A DNA stretch of 64,000 bases. It comes from Tubulanus polymorphus (Eukaryota > Animalia > Nemertea). The notes under the pieces are model-generated. The model did not search any database, was not told where the DNA came from, and was given only the letters and a program-made list of their open reading frames with translations. Within the stretch, counting starts at the first letter, position 1; each line of letters begins with the position of its first letter. The position numbers were made by a program, and so were the translations under genes. Below, in pieces: positions 1 to 11,714 of this stretch. Location of the stretch: NCBI RefSeq assembly GCF_964204645.1, contig NC_134029.1, positions 23,368,950-23,432,949 on the forward strand, in the 5' to 3' direction.

Positions 1-1221
1 TGCTTTTTACGTCGATTCTACGCGGTGTTATATGGTGGCTGATTCGGGCCATACTAACAAATTTTCTGTTCGGCTAGAGCAGCGATAAAAAAATGTAACA
101 TTGGCCCGATGTTTGGTTTTCTCGAGCGAGAATTCAAAACATTTTGGTTATCGCGCGAGAAAACAAAAAAACGGGCCAATGTGAACATTTTTTATCGTTG
201 CTCCAAGCCATACAGAAGTTTTTTTTTAGTATGGCCAGAATCAGCAGCCACCATAGTGCAAGGACACTTCGAGAATGCGTCACGAATTGGCTACAAAAAT
301 GATGTCGGGTGCGGTGCATGATCAGACATCGACTTATACAAATGTAATTGGAGGTTATCATTTCTATACTTGGATCAGACAAAAACTGTATCTACGTCAT
401 TTCAACGTTTTTCTTTTGAGACTTGTCGGGTTTGGTTTCTTCGATTTCACTTGATGTTGACTGCTCAGGCAGAAATTGTATCTACTTCGTTGCAACGAGT
501 TTCATTTGGTCCATCCAGTAAAAGGGAAAAAATGCGAAACGCATCTCGATAAGGAAACAGATAACGAAAAGGTGTAGAATTTTCTTAATTGAAAAATGCA
601 TTAAAATTCACGGAAAAATAACTGAATAAAGACGATTACAATATGCTCTCATGCCGGGGTTATTTATCAATATAGGGGGTCAAAATTAAGGTAAATCGCT
701 TAGTTAGGGCAATTAGCCATTATCGTGTGGTCACTGTACACACACAGCCTATAGAAACGAACCGTACTAATCAAGGGTGGCTTTTAAACATCGGGAATAC
801 AATTAGACTGGCCACATTTCATAGTTGACGAAATGTCATGAAATACGTTGAATAGAGTTTCAATTTCAATTGGAAAAAAATTGAAAAAAGCGTGTTAGGA
901 CCGTCGTCGAGTTTAGTTTCACAACATACATCGCGATTGACGGGTTTGTAGGATACATTTCTTTTACGAAAACAATTATTTCCACACACAGGAAAGGTTG
1001 CGCATTTTTTGATGTAGTTATTCATTGCTTAATAGTTCCATTCGACGAAACAGGAATGCCAATTAACGAGCAAAGAACACGCGAAATCTGACCTCCAACC
1101 AACACGGAGATATATCGTGATACATGTTTATTTAATTCAAATGTTTTGTGCAGTTCAGAAGAGCACACGCAAGATTTACCAAGTTTTCTTTTCAGTAGAT
1201 TAATTTGTTTATCTTCCGCAG

Positions 1222-1817
1222 GCTGTCAACGGACAAGGAAACCTGTAATCCAGATATTGTGGTTCATTATTGCGAGGATAAAGATATGGATATGGTTGAA
1301 CAGGAGCCGGGGCGAATCGATCCTAGTCACGGTGCATTCGCGTTCAACAAACTTTTATCACATGACAATGACAGTTCGGGAACATCGAGTTCAGAAGATA
1401 AAGAAATCGACGAATGTGTTAGTCCATTGAGATCGATAAGTCCACCCTCGCCCAAACCTACATTAATGCGTAGACTGTCTGAGAAATTGAATCTCTCAGC
1501 TGCCGGACTCGATCTTGAGAAAATGGATACGGATATTTTGGTGTCCATGTTACGAATGCCCACCATAAAGAACTTCTCAGCTTTAAGACGACAAATAACT
1601 CAAGCTAGTCCGCAATGGATACAGAAATTTTTGAGCTCGGGAGGTTTGGACGTTCTGTTAGATTCGGTAGAGTCTATGGGCAATAAACGGGTTGCTCAGT
1701 TGTTAGATGCGATGGTTTTGCTGGAATGCGTGGCATGTATCCGCGCTTTAGCTAACTCGAAAATAGGACTGGAGTACATCACGCAACAACAAGACAATAC
1801 CAGACGACTTGCTAATG
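1222..1817 (+). CDS. INF2: INF2 variable N-terminal exon A (N-terminal half of the DID)
   Basis: Acceptor ttccgcag|g at 1221, donor G|gtaagt at 1817 (phase 1). [50 protein letters not shown] matches the first coding exon of INF2. In-frame ATG at 1286, or else an upstream exon not identified. Confidence 0.85.
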
Positions 1818-4800
1818 GTAAGTTGTGATCGCAAAAAAGCTAAAATTAAACTAGGAAAAGACACCGGAAGATAAGTATTTTTATTTAAGCGCAAAATTCA
1901 TTGTTATCGTGAATTTTTTTCGATAGTCCGAATTAGACACCGCAACAACCCTCTATAATTTAGGTTTCAGTCAGATAATCATTTCACTTTTTTAAACACA
2001 TGATGGATTGAAGAATAATGATCCATTTGCAGCAAGATTGTAATGATATTCATTGCCGCTTGTTGAAGAAATTCGATGAAAAAATGTATCTGTAATACAG
2101 CAATTACATGTTTATGCTTAGTTCCTTTCAGGGAGGTGGGAGTGTTCACTCCCACCTCCCTGGTTCCTTTTGACTGTGATATTTACGCCAATCCTATGTA
2201 CGCAGTTTCGTGGAAATCAGGCAATTGGTTTTATGAAATACGGGTACTTGATGTAAGCGCCACCTAGCAGTGATTACCCGTTTATACTTGATATGCGGAA
2301 CAGTATGCGGTGCTAACGAAGAACCCACGTTGTGCGATGGTCGTAATAGTTTTAAGGATAATGAAGATACGGTTATTTCGCTATCCGGTCACTGGTGCAG
2401 ATTGCTCTACTCAGTTATACCCATCAGTTTCATCGTAAACCCGAATGGGCAGAAACCGTAACAAAAAATCCTACGCGTATATATAGGCGTTAATTTGGAC
2501 TGGTGCCCGGGTAATTGGGTGACAACAGTAGATAAGAAGTCGAACAACAGCTAACGTATATTGACTGTCACAACATTGCATCGTGTCTTTTTCAGCCTCA
2601 CAGCTAGCAAACAAACGCCAAATGTCAAAGGCGTTTTCTATTCGACTGTTTTTTACGTAAGAATGACGTACCTATTTATATATTCAATCACCACACATAC
2701 AACGATTACAGTTGAATGATAGCTGTCGTAACCAGATCCTTTTGTCCTCGTAACACAAAACATGGTCTCCCATCCAAAGTCACATATTCTGAATCGAATC
2801 CCAGTAAAATGATATCTAAAAAACTTGTTTGGTGTTAATGCTTTTTTTTAAATTTTCACGCGATCAAAAAAAACTTATCATAATGTTCACAAGTTATTAA
2901 GGGTTGAGAAATCAAATCTTTTGATGTTTTTAGGGTCAGATTTAATTGTAATTGCGGTGATGAAATATTATTTCGCGGAACACAATAAGTAACAATAACG
3001 GCGACGGACGTGATCTCATCGGTAAACTAATTACAGCATATAATATCGAATGAATTATTTACTCGTGTATTTAATCAAAATCACTGACACGATTTGTCGT
3101 TTTAGTCGACATTATGCGTACGATTGATTGACAAGTTACTAGCGAAATAACGCACAGAAAACTTATATAATATTTATAAATATGTATGTACTGTTTCAAC
3201 CTTTCTGATGAAATATTCATATTGTGCGCATGCCGAACTCAGCCAATTGTTCACAAGCAACCGAACAAAGAATTTTCGTATATTTGTCGGTAGCTTGGAA
3301 TTAAATAGCTTATTATTCGAAAAAGCCTTACAAAACGGGCATTCATTAGTGGTTAATACATACTACTATATAAACTACAGTAACGAATCGATATTCACTT
3401 GCTGACCACAAAGTGCGGTTTTCTTTCGGCCACATTTCACGACGTTATTAAGTTATTGTTAGTTAGATTGATAATTGACATCGTCGCTAATTCAATTACC
3501 TGCTACACGAAACGGGGAGATTGTGAGTGAGAGGAAGTGATTCTTACAGTTTGGGAATCTTTACACCATGGACCAGAAAGCGAATTCGATTCCAACCACG
3601 TAAATATACCTACTTTGGACTAAACACAAATGGAATGGAGTTGAGTTAGATTATTTAGCAGCTCGGATTGTGATAAATCTACGCCGTAATTGACAAGTAA
3701 CAACGTTTAGATATACACCAACATCTGATCGTATCCTCATAGTACAGATTGAATAGTGAAATAATAGTCGCGAGTATTTTAAAAATCGAATCCAAAGCGA
3801 TATTTTTAGAAGTGACTGAACACGACAGGCGACTGTTGAAAAATGGCATCTTATCTGAGAAAGTGGGCCAACCGCACCGGAATTGATGTCAAAAAGAGCA
3901 GATCACGGAAGAAAAATGGAAGCAAAGATGAAAGCAAAGGAAGGTGTTTTCGGTCACATACGTCGCTGTCATGTCTGGCGGTACGGAAAACAATGCCTTC
4001 CCGTTCGGAAGGATGTATCGGGATGGTGAAAGATGAAGATGCCATATCTTCCATCCTGACTCCTCAAATGTGCATTAGCAGTTTGACAAACCCGACCGCA
4101 ATGTGTTTTACACGCTTAAGAAAGTGTATCGAATCAAGATCGGATATATATTGGATGGAAGATTTCATGGATTTGGGCGGATTGGAATTGTTGTTCGAGT
4201 GCATTCAAAGCTTTGTCGACAAGCAATACTCCAACCAGAAAACGTACGATATATTTTTACAAGCCGAATGCATCAACTGCATCAGGGCCGTGATGAATTC
4301 TAGAACTGGCCTCGAAAGTTTACAATCGAATAAAATATTTGTCCTGCAACTTCTCGGTGGTAAGATAGATGTATCGGTTTTACTCGACTTTTTATTTATT
4401 AATCAAGGTGGCCACTTACCTGGAAGTCAGGGAAAAATCAGGGAAGTGTCTTTTCTTTAAAAGAGTCAAGGAATTTTGTAAAAAAGCTTAAAAATCAGGG
4501 AAATTTGTTGAGATTGCTAGATTGCGCGTAAAATCAAACAGTTTCCATCTATGTTTTACGTATTTAACTGTATCATTTGATTGGACTTATAGCAGATCGA
4601 GTCAGGGAAAAGAACGTGTATGTCAGGGAACAGTCAGGGAATAAGCGAGTCAAATATAAACGACCACCTTGTTAACAACGTTATGAGAAGCACATCATGA
4701 TTTCTATAGTTATGATGATTTATTCTATCTTATAACACGTCTATTTCATTATCTTTTGCCAGCTCTAGATACAACAAATATCATGGTGAAAAAACAAGTA

Positions 4801-7800
4801 TTCGAACTTCTGTCCGCTTTATGCGTCTACTCAACACAAGGCTATAGACTAGCCCTAGATGCATTGGAAAACTATAAGGTATTTACGAATATTTACATGT
4901 ATTCGTTATGGTGGCTGATAAGACCAGATTTCGTCTTGAATAAATTTCCATCAAAATATATTCACAAGTAAAAATAATTCCACTATGAGAAATGAATCGC
5001 ATTTAAAACATATTAGTATCTTCATCTAAAAACTTTCGTTATGAGTTATAATCACCTTCGAAATATTTACGTCAATAGAAATAATTGCACAATGAAAAGG
5101 AACTCTCATTCAAAATATTCTAAGTCAAAATAATTTCGGTGTGAAAAATAAAGCGCCTTCAAAATATATTTGTGAGTAAAAATATTTCCATCGAAATAAT
5201 CTTTTTCTCAGGAAATATTTTCATGACCCGTATCAGCCACCACATTTCATTGATCGGTATCATATCATCGTATTGTCGATAAATCCTTTTTTTTAGGTGA
5301 ATCGGAAACAACGATACCGATTCAGTCTGATTATTAACGAATTAAGACAGGCAGATGTGACTCCGTATAAGGCTACACTGATGGCATTTATCAACTGTAT
5401 ATTAGTTGGACAAGAGCGACTCGAAGAAAGAGTCTACACAAGGAATGAGTTCATAGGTATGCAAATACCAGTCACTTTGAAAAGTACTTGACGTTCATCC
5501 GTTGTCGATGGTAGTTTTAAGGAAGAACTCAAGACGTCCGTGCTGTTAAATGATTCCTATAGCTTGTGACGTTTTTTTTTAACGATTTCAGGATTGAATT
5601 TGCTGGATTTAATGAACCACTTTAGAGATGAAGATGACGACGATCTTCAAGTACAATGTGAAGTATTCTACGAGGAACAGCATTCAGACGAAGAAGCGAT
5701 ATCAGTTGCTAATCAAGGAAATCCCGTCGATCTCAACGATCATCGTTCAGTTTTCAATGCAGTCTTTGATAAGGTAGAATTACAATTATTGGTTTCATTC
5801 AGAATGTTTGGTGAATTCACCGAACAAACTCCGGCGTTCGTGACGAATGGATCGGGTGATTAAGTGAATTTGTTTTTTTAGGTTTGTAATACGCCTTCTG
5901 CGAGCGCGTTTTTATCCGTGTTACAATCGATGCTTCAAATCGACGAAGACGACAATAAAAGTGAAGATACGTGGAATTTAATCGAAACAGCTACAAAACA
6001 AGCAGTACTGATAGATCAACAGAGTAACGTGTACATGAGACATCGTGGAACGCCGCATAAAACTACAACTATCGATAAATCTATACAGACTATCGAACAA
6101 ACTGATAATGTCCCCACAGCTTCAAACCTTTGTTCAAATTGTCACGATGTAGTAAGAAACAACTCGAACAATATGGAGAAAACAGTCGTAGATGGCGCTG
6201 CTCTTTCTGCTATGAGATTCTTTGCTCTTTCGGCATCGAATTCCGTTGAAAACGGTACCGCGATAGATGAGGATTACATACCAGAGTGGAATATGCCAAT
6301 TGAAGAGCTGGTCATTCCCGTAAACCATTCAGAGTTGACCTCAGCTCGATCTGATTCAGTAAATGGAGGTGAATATCCGCCGGATGTTATATCATGTCGG
6401 ACTGAAGGCGAACCTCGTCACGAGCAAAAAGTGGACGAACTACTTACAACGACATATTTCAATCAGTCCATCAACGAGCTTCCTGAAATATCGTCGACGG
6501 TATCACCGCTATCCGAGTCCCCGGTAACGATGTCAAAGTTTTGCCCAACGGAGACGATGATTCTAGAATCGCCAATGCAGTCGCATCTTACTCACAAATC
6601 AACAACTTCACCAAACACGGATTCACAAGCATCATCAGTTCCATTCGCAAACAGAATATCATTGGAATCTTTAACCACTAAACATATCGCAAATGTGGCA
6701 TCTATGGATAACAAAATAACAACTACTTCGGCAAGGGATTTACCCGTTGTATCTTCTGGTGATAATGGAATATCGACGGCATCTTCACCCGCGGCAACAA
6801 GTGCAACTGAGTCAGCACTTGTATCTATAAGTGATTTATCCGTAACACCAACAGCAGCAGCTTTGTCAATAAATGGAGATATTACAACATCGCCGCCGAA
6901 GCTAGCTGCAGCTCCACATACTAGTGTGTTTCAACCATCAACAACATCATTAAGACAGATTACTAAACCTGAATCCCCACCACTGCGCACAGTCGCGGTG
7001 CCATCCGAGGGACATCATTTCCCAACTCCAGCAACCTTATCCCAGCAGGGTATAATACCCAAACCCCTATCGCCACCATCCCTATCCCTTATTCCGGATG
7101 GTATAGTCCAAGCACCTCCTGCTGCAATTGGGATACCACCACCGCCACCACCTCCACCTATACTCCCTGGTGGAGCACCACCTCCACCACCCCCACCCAT
7201 CCTCCCTGGTGGAGCACCACCTCCACCACCCCCACCCATCCTCCCTGGTGGAGCACCACCTCCACCACCCCCACCCATCCTCCCTGGTGGAGCACCACCT
7301 CCACCTCCACCACCCCCACCTATCCTCCCTGGTGGGGCACCACCTCCACCTCCACCACCCCCACCTGTCATCCCTGGTGGGGTACCACCTCCACCGCCCC
7401 CACCTATGCTCCCTAGTGGGGCACCTCCACCACCACCACCACCACCCCCGCCTGGTTTCTCAAAGAATACTTCAATAAGAAAAAGATCGAACACGTTACC
7501 AATGGTTGGCTCAATATCAATTCCAAAACCTAAACATAAGATGAAAACGTTGAATTGGACTAAAGTACCGCCGCATGTTATATCTTCATCACGTAAGTCA
7601 TTCATTTAATTATTTTCATATAAAAACACTAAACGCACATGTGCCTGACATGTGTCTGACATGTGTCTGACATGTGCCTGACATGTGCCTGACATGTGCC
7701 TGACATGTGTCTGACATGTGCCTGACATGTGTCTGAGCTGTTCATATAATTCGATACGGATTGTTTATGGTGTTGCACTTTACAGTATCAGAGTCGGGTG

Positions 7801-10800
7801 ATATGTGTCCGGTGTGGAAAGATGTGTTAGAAATGTCAGATCCCGTGCAGATAAACTACGACACTATTGAACAGTTGTTTTGTCAAAGTGTACCGAACAA
7901 AAACAAAAGTGCACGGTCAGGGACTATAGACAAGAAAGAACCTACAGAAGTAAATATCGTCTGAATACATTTCCTTCAAGATGAAAAAAAAACATGTAAC
8001 CTGGTTTGGAAAATTAAATCATGCGAGTTTTCTTCTTGGAATTTCGCTTTGTATGACATTAAATCTACTTTTCTTTGCCTGATTAGATAAATCTTCTGGA
8101 CGCAAAACGTAGCATGAACGTAAATATCTGTTTGAAACAATTCAAGGCGACGAACAAAGGCATCATAGAAATGATAGTTACAGGAGATCAAGAGAAACTA
8201 GGATACGAACGGTTGAAACAGTTGGTTCAAGTATTACCAACTAGTGATGAGGTATATATGTATATATCGATCAAAGGACGTATCTGTTTCACAGACATTT
8301 CTGAATACTTCTATCCACTTTCAGAGATAAAGTTGATATGAATACATCAAAATAAATCCTAATCCGGAGGTGGATAGAAGCATTATATCCGAAACGTCGA
8401 TGTAACAGATATTTTGTGTTGATCGGGGGTTTCTTGTTCATGTATTTTGGGGTTTTCCAATTCCATAACATCAAATACATCTCCTGAAAGTTTCCATTGA
8501 ATCTTCCGTCAAAAACTGGAATTTTTTATATGCATGAATAGAATAGAACTTTCCATGGCAATTTCAGGTCGAGATGTTAAAAAGTTTCGACGGAGACATG
8601 TCGAGATTGGGCAACGCCGAGAAGTTTTTCCTAGATTTACTAGGAGTTCCAGCTTATCAGACGAGGATCGATGGCATGTTATTGAAACTCGAACACATTG
8701 CAGTGATGAACTACATCAAACCAAACGTCGAAGTTTTGATAACAGCCTGTAACGAGTTACTCGATAGCATCAGTTTAAAAGAGTTCCTAAGACTCGTACT
8801 TTACGCCGGTAATTTCATGAATTCGGTACGTGTTGGTTTCCATAAACAAAGCGACTGTCTATATTTGACTCGAAGAAAAACCCACAATCATAAGAAAAAT
8901 CTATGAGTGCAGTTTGAGCTTCGCCATTTTCGAACCGTTTTAGAATAGCATTTGGGTCGAAACGTCGAACTACTCTCATAGTTTTTCTTCATGTTATTGT
9001 GTGGATTTTTCTTCAATTCGGTGTGTGTGTTTTTTCGTTTTGATAACTCTCCTAGTTCTAGTGAAATCTAAATTCACTCAAATTAGTTTGATAACCCGAT
9101 TAGGATCGACTAAGCGCAATAAGTAGGTGGCTTTGATCCAGATTTCAATGAGATTTTACGTAGAAATCGGATTTTGGTTTTCATTCTACACGATTAAGTG
9201 TTGTACGTCTAATGAAATGTATTTACATTCATTCGATAACCCGAATAGGAGTTATCTATCGTCTAAGCGCAAAAAGTAGCAAGGTGGCCTCGGTGCAAAT
9301 TAGAATTAGAATGTTTACGTAAAGTCGGCTTCTGGAATGTCAAAGTTACTTTTGAACTTCAAAGTTCGGTATATTCGACTTGAAACGACATTCATTGATC
9401 TCATACATTGGCGTAGATTAAACAGGAGGTTCATACATCAAAAGTTGATGAAATTCATTGAACCCCAAATTGAACTTTACCTTTACGCGCTAAATATGGC
9501 CTATTTATGACACGAATGTCTCGGCTAATGCTGCTACTGAGACAACACTCTACGATGTATGACAATAATTCTGCAAGATTTGGAGACACGTGCAAACAGA
9601 TACTCGTTCTCCGTAACGATTGTCTGACCAGGCTTATGGACAATAGTTTGTAGCTATCTACGTTACTTCGATACCCACTTCCATATGGCGCGCGATAAAA
9701 ACAGCGTTATAAACAGAGACTTGGGAAATTTTACGGTTGTGTCTCTAACACCACATTAAATTGCTATAGCTGGTACATAATAACCTTTTTACTAATCATC
9801 TTCCAACGTCTTTTCATCGTTTCGCTTGTTCATCGTTTCACCTTTACTATCGTTTTACTTTTTCATTGTTTCACCTTTCCATCGTTTCATCTTTTAATCG
9901 TCATTTCGCTATCTTTTTATCATCATTTCACTATCTTCTCACCATCTTTCGAAGTAATGCTATATTTTGGTGGTTATCGCCCCCCATTCTTCTACGAACA
10001 ATAAGGATTGAGAGATATCGCTGAAAAGGTCATTTTCGTGTTTTTTATGATTCCACTTGATGGAAATTCAATAAAAGAAGCAACTTTTATGTTATCGCTG
10101 GACTTTTACGTTATCGCGAGCCAGAGTAGAAATGCTTGTCAATTAATCTGATCTTTCATATACGAATGAATTTTTTACAGGGTTGTTACGCCGGCAACTG
10201 TCTCGGGTTCAAAGTAAATTCGTTGGTTCGATTGACAGACACGAGGGCAAACAAACCGCGCATGACATTGCTGCACTTTCTCGTCGAAGAGGCAGCTAAA
10301 GGCAAGAAAGATATCCTGGCATTTGCTGACGACTTGACGAAGCCTCTCGCAGATACAGCTAGGTACGAGAGATTCTGCTAATATAAAAGACTACATTTCC
10401 TCGCATTTGCGGCGTAAATAACGTTAGATCTTGTTCAATTTGTCCCAATCAGGCTAACTATCGACGGTATCACTGGTGAACTGAACCAATTCAAAGTGGC
10501 TGTTAATAAGTTAAACAAGCAGCTAAAAAACTCTTCCGATGAACTGAAAGAACAGTTCGAAAAATTTGTCAAGGTTTGTTGATTTAGTGGTTACGTTCCA
10601 CAGCGCTCTGGCAATCAGTACTTACGAATCTTGTTACTAATCACAACGTATCGAATGTCTATTTTGACACCCACACGTAAGGCAGACATACCGGATCAGT
10701 GTAGTGGTTAGAATCATTATTTTGCAGGCTGCATTGACTGACATTGCTGAAGCTGAAGGAGATTTACTGGAGATTGACAGTCTAACGAAGCAATTAGGGA

Positions 10801-11666
10801 AACATTTCTGCGAGGATGAGAAATCGTTCTCATTACAGGAATGTCTATCGACGTTCAGGACTTTCTGCGATAAAGTACACCAGTGTGAGAAGGTATATGC
10901 CCACAGTCAAACAAAATACTCCATTCTATCCATCGCACGCTATTTATTCGTTCGGCTTGTTCTTACTTGTTCCCGAACAATTTCGAGAAAAAAAGAAGAG
11001 ATAACCGTTCGTATTGAAGATGAGAGAAGTAGGAGGGGGGAAAGAATGTTCACGAGGTGCTTATTTTGTCAAAATTCTGAGGATACAGGCAAATTTGATT
11101 ATATTACAGGAAAACGAACAAAGACGAATCACGGAAGAAAAAGCGGAGAAAAGAAGGTTGAAATTGGAGGAAATTAAAAAGAAAGGTATATTGTCCAACG
11201 ATCTAGGTAGAGTAGGCTTCAGCTGTACAAAGTGGTCGCGACTTAATGGAATTCGCACGCAGTTGGTTCGAGCTGCGCACGCGAAGGCTACTCTACCTGG
11301 GACCCTCTTCCTGGACTTTCCAATCAAAGATTAGCACAAAAGATCTAGATATATCATCTCTAATGCGTACAGGTCATTGAGATCGGTTGATTAAGCACTA
11401 TCTAGATTGGTTTTTTTTTGTCGCCACACACTGATTAATCTGAGTGGATCTGATTGTCGCTGCCAGACTGCTGCCAACTCTAGAAATCGAATTGACGGCT
11501 TTCACGTTTTACAATTTCAGACGCAGTCAAGACTCGGGACGAAGACAAATCTAACGATAACATCGTCGACAAATTACTGTTGGATATAAAACGCGGAAAC
11601 AAAGTTCGGAAACGGTCCCTTTTTCAGGCTGCTTCTGACCTTCTTACTTCCGAGAAACTATACTGA
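1222..11666 (+). CDS. INF2: Inverted formin-2 (INF2)-like formin, DID/FH3-FH1-FH2-DAD/WH2; multi-exon, about 1320 aa with first exon B
   Basis: Phase-consistent GT-AG exons: alternative first exon A 1222-1817 or B 3843-4359, then 4763-4878, 5297-5456, 5592-5773, 5882-7592, 7786-7949, 8087-8251, 8568-8825, 10181-10362, 10453-10573, 10728-10892, 11110-11185, 11521-11666 (TGA). [24 protein letters not shown] closely matches human INF2 [26 protein letters not shown]2 motifs [53 protein letters not shown]2 [12 protein letters not shown]. Confidence 0.93.
3843..4359 (+). CDS. INF2: INF2 variable N-terminal exon B (paralogous N-terminal half of the DID, own ATG)
   Basis: aaaATGG start with an in-frame TGA at 3837-3839 just upstream. 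[43 protein letters not shown]. Donor G|gtaaga at 4359 (phase 1). Confidence 0.87.
4404..4671. mobile_element. Non-autonomous DNA transposon (MITE-like) in INF2 intron
   Basis: Termini caaggtggcc...gaccaccttg (imperfect TIR) with repeated internal (g)tcagggaa motifs. A related start cagggtggccac lies near 40152. Confidence 0.55.
5882..7592 (+). CDS. INF2: INF2 large exon: end of FH3, long S/T-rich linker, FH1 polyproline repeats, start of FH2
   Basis: 1711-nt exon with acceptor tttttag|g and donor C|gtaagt. About 7 tandem units of roughly 39 nt encoding [13 protein letters not shown] at 7130-7452. Confidence 0.9.
7637..7736. repeat. 11-bp minisatellite (GACATGTGYCT)n, about 9 copies
   Basis: Directly visible; fills about half of the 193-nt intron. 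Confidence 0.9.
8872..9014. repeat. Imperfect fold-back inverted repeat (interspersed repeat remnant); related copy at about 22130-22215
   Basis: Left arm gaagaaaaacccacaatcataagaaaaatctatgag pairs with right arm ctcatagtttttcttcatgttattgtgtggatttttcttc. The core gtttt(a/g)..aatagc..ggtcgaaacgt recurs at 22175-22213. Confidence 0.6.
9810..9945. repeat. Degenerate 15-17 bp tandem repeat (ttttcatcgtttcac)
   Basis: Repeated catcgtttc units visible in the INF2 intron. Confidence 0.6.
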
Positions 11667-11676
11667 AATAAAATTG

Positions 11677-11714
11677 AGCTGTTTGATATATAGAATTCTA
11701 TATATCAAACAGCT
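11677..11714. other. Perfect 38-bp palindrome just downstream of the INF2 stop codon and AATAAA
   Basis: agctgtttgatatatagaattctatatatcaaacagct is its own reverse complement. AATAAA at 11667-11672. Confidence 0.9.

Noticed and set aside
3801-3842. Exon A splicing into exon B to give a tandem-DID formin
   Set aside because: The upstream AG acceptors (3809, 3828) lead out of frame or into the TGA at 3837. An acceptor inside exon B cannot be fully excluded.
7015-7605. Gly-rich minus-strand ORF and His-rich alternative-frame ORF
   Set aside because: Shadows of the FH1 polyproline repeat.
7637-7736. CRISPR-like short repeat array
   Set aside because: No spacers, and the context is a eukaryotic intron: a minisatellite.
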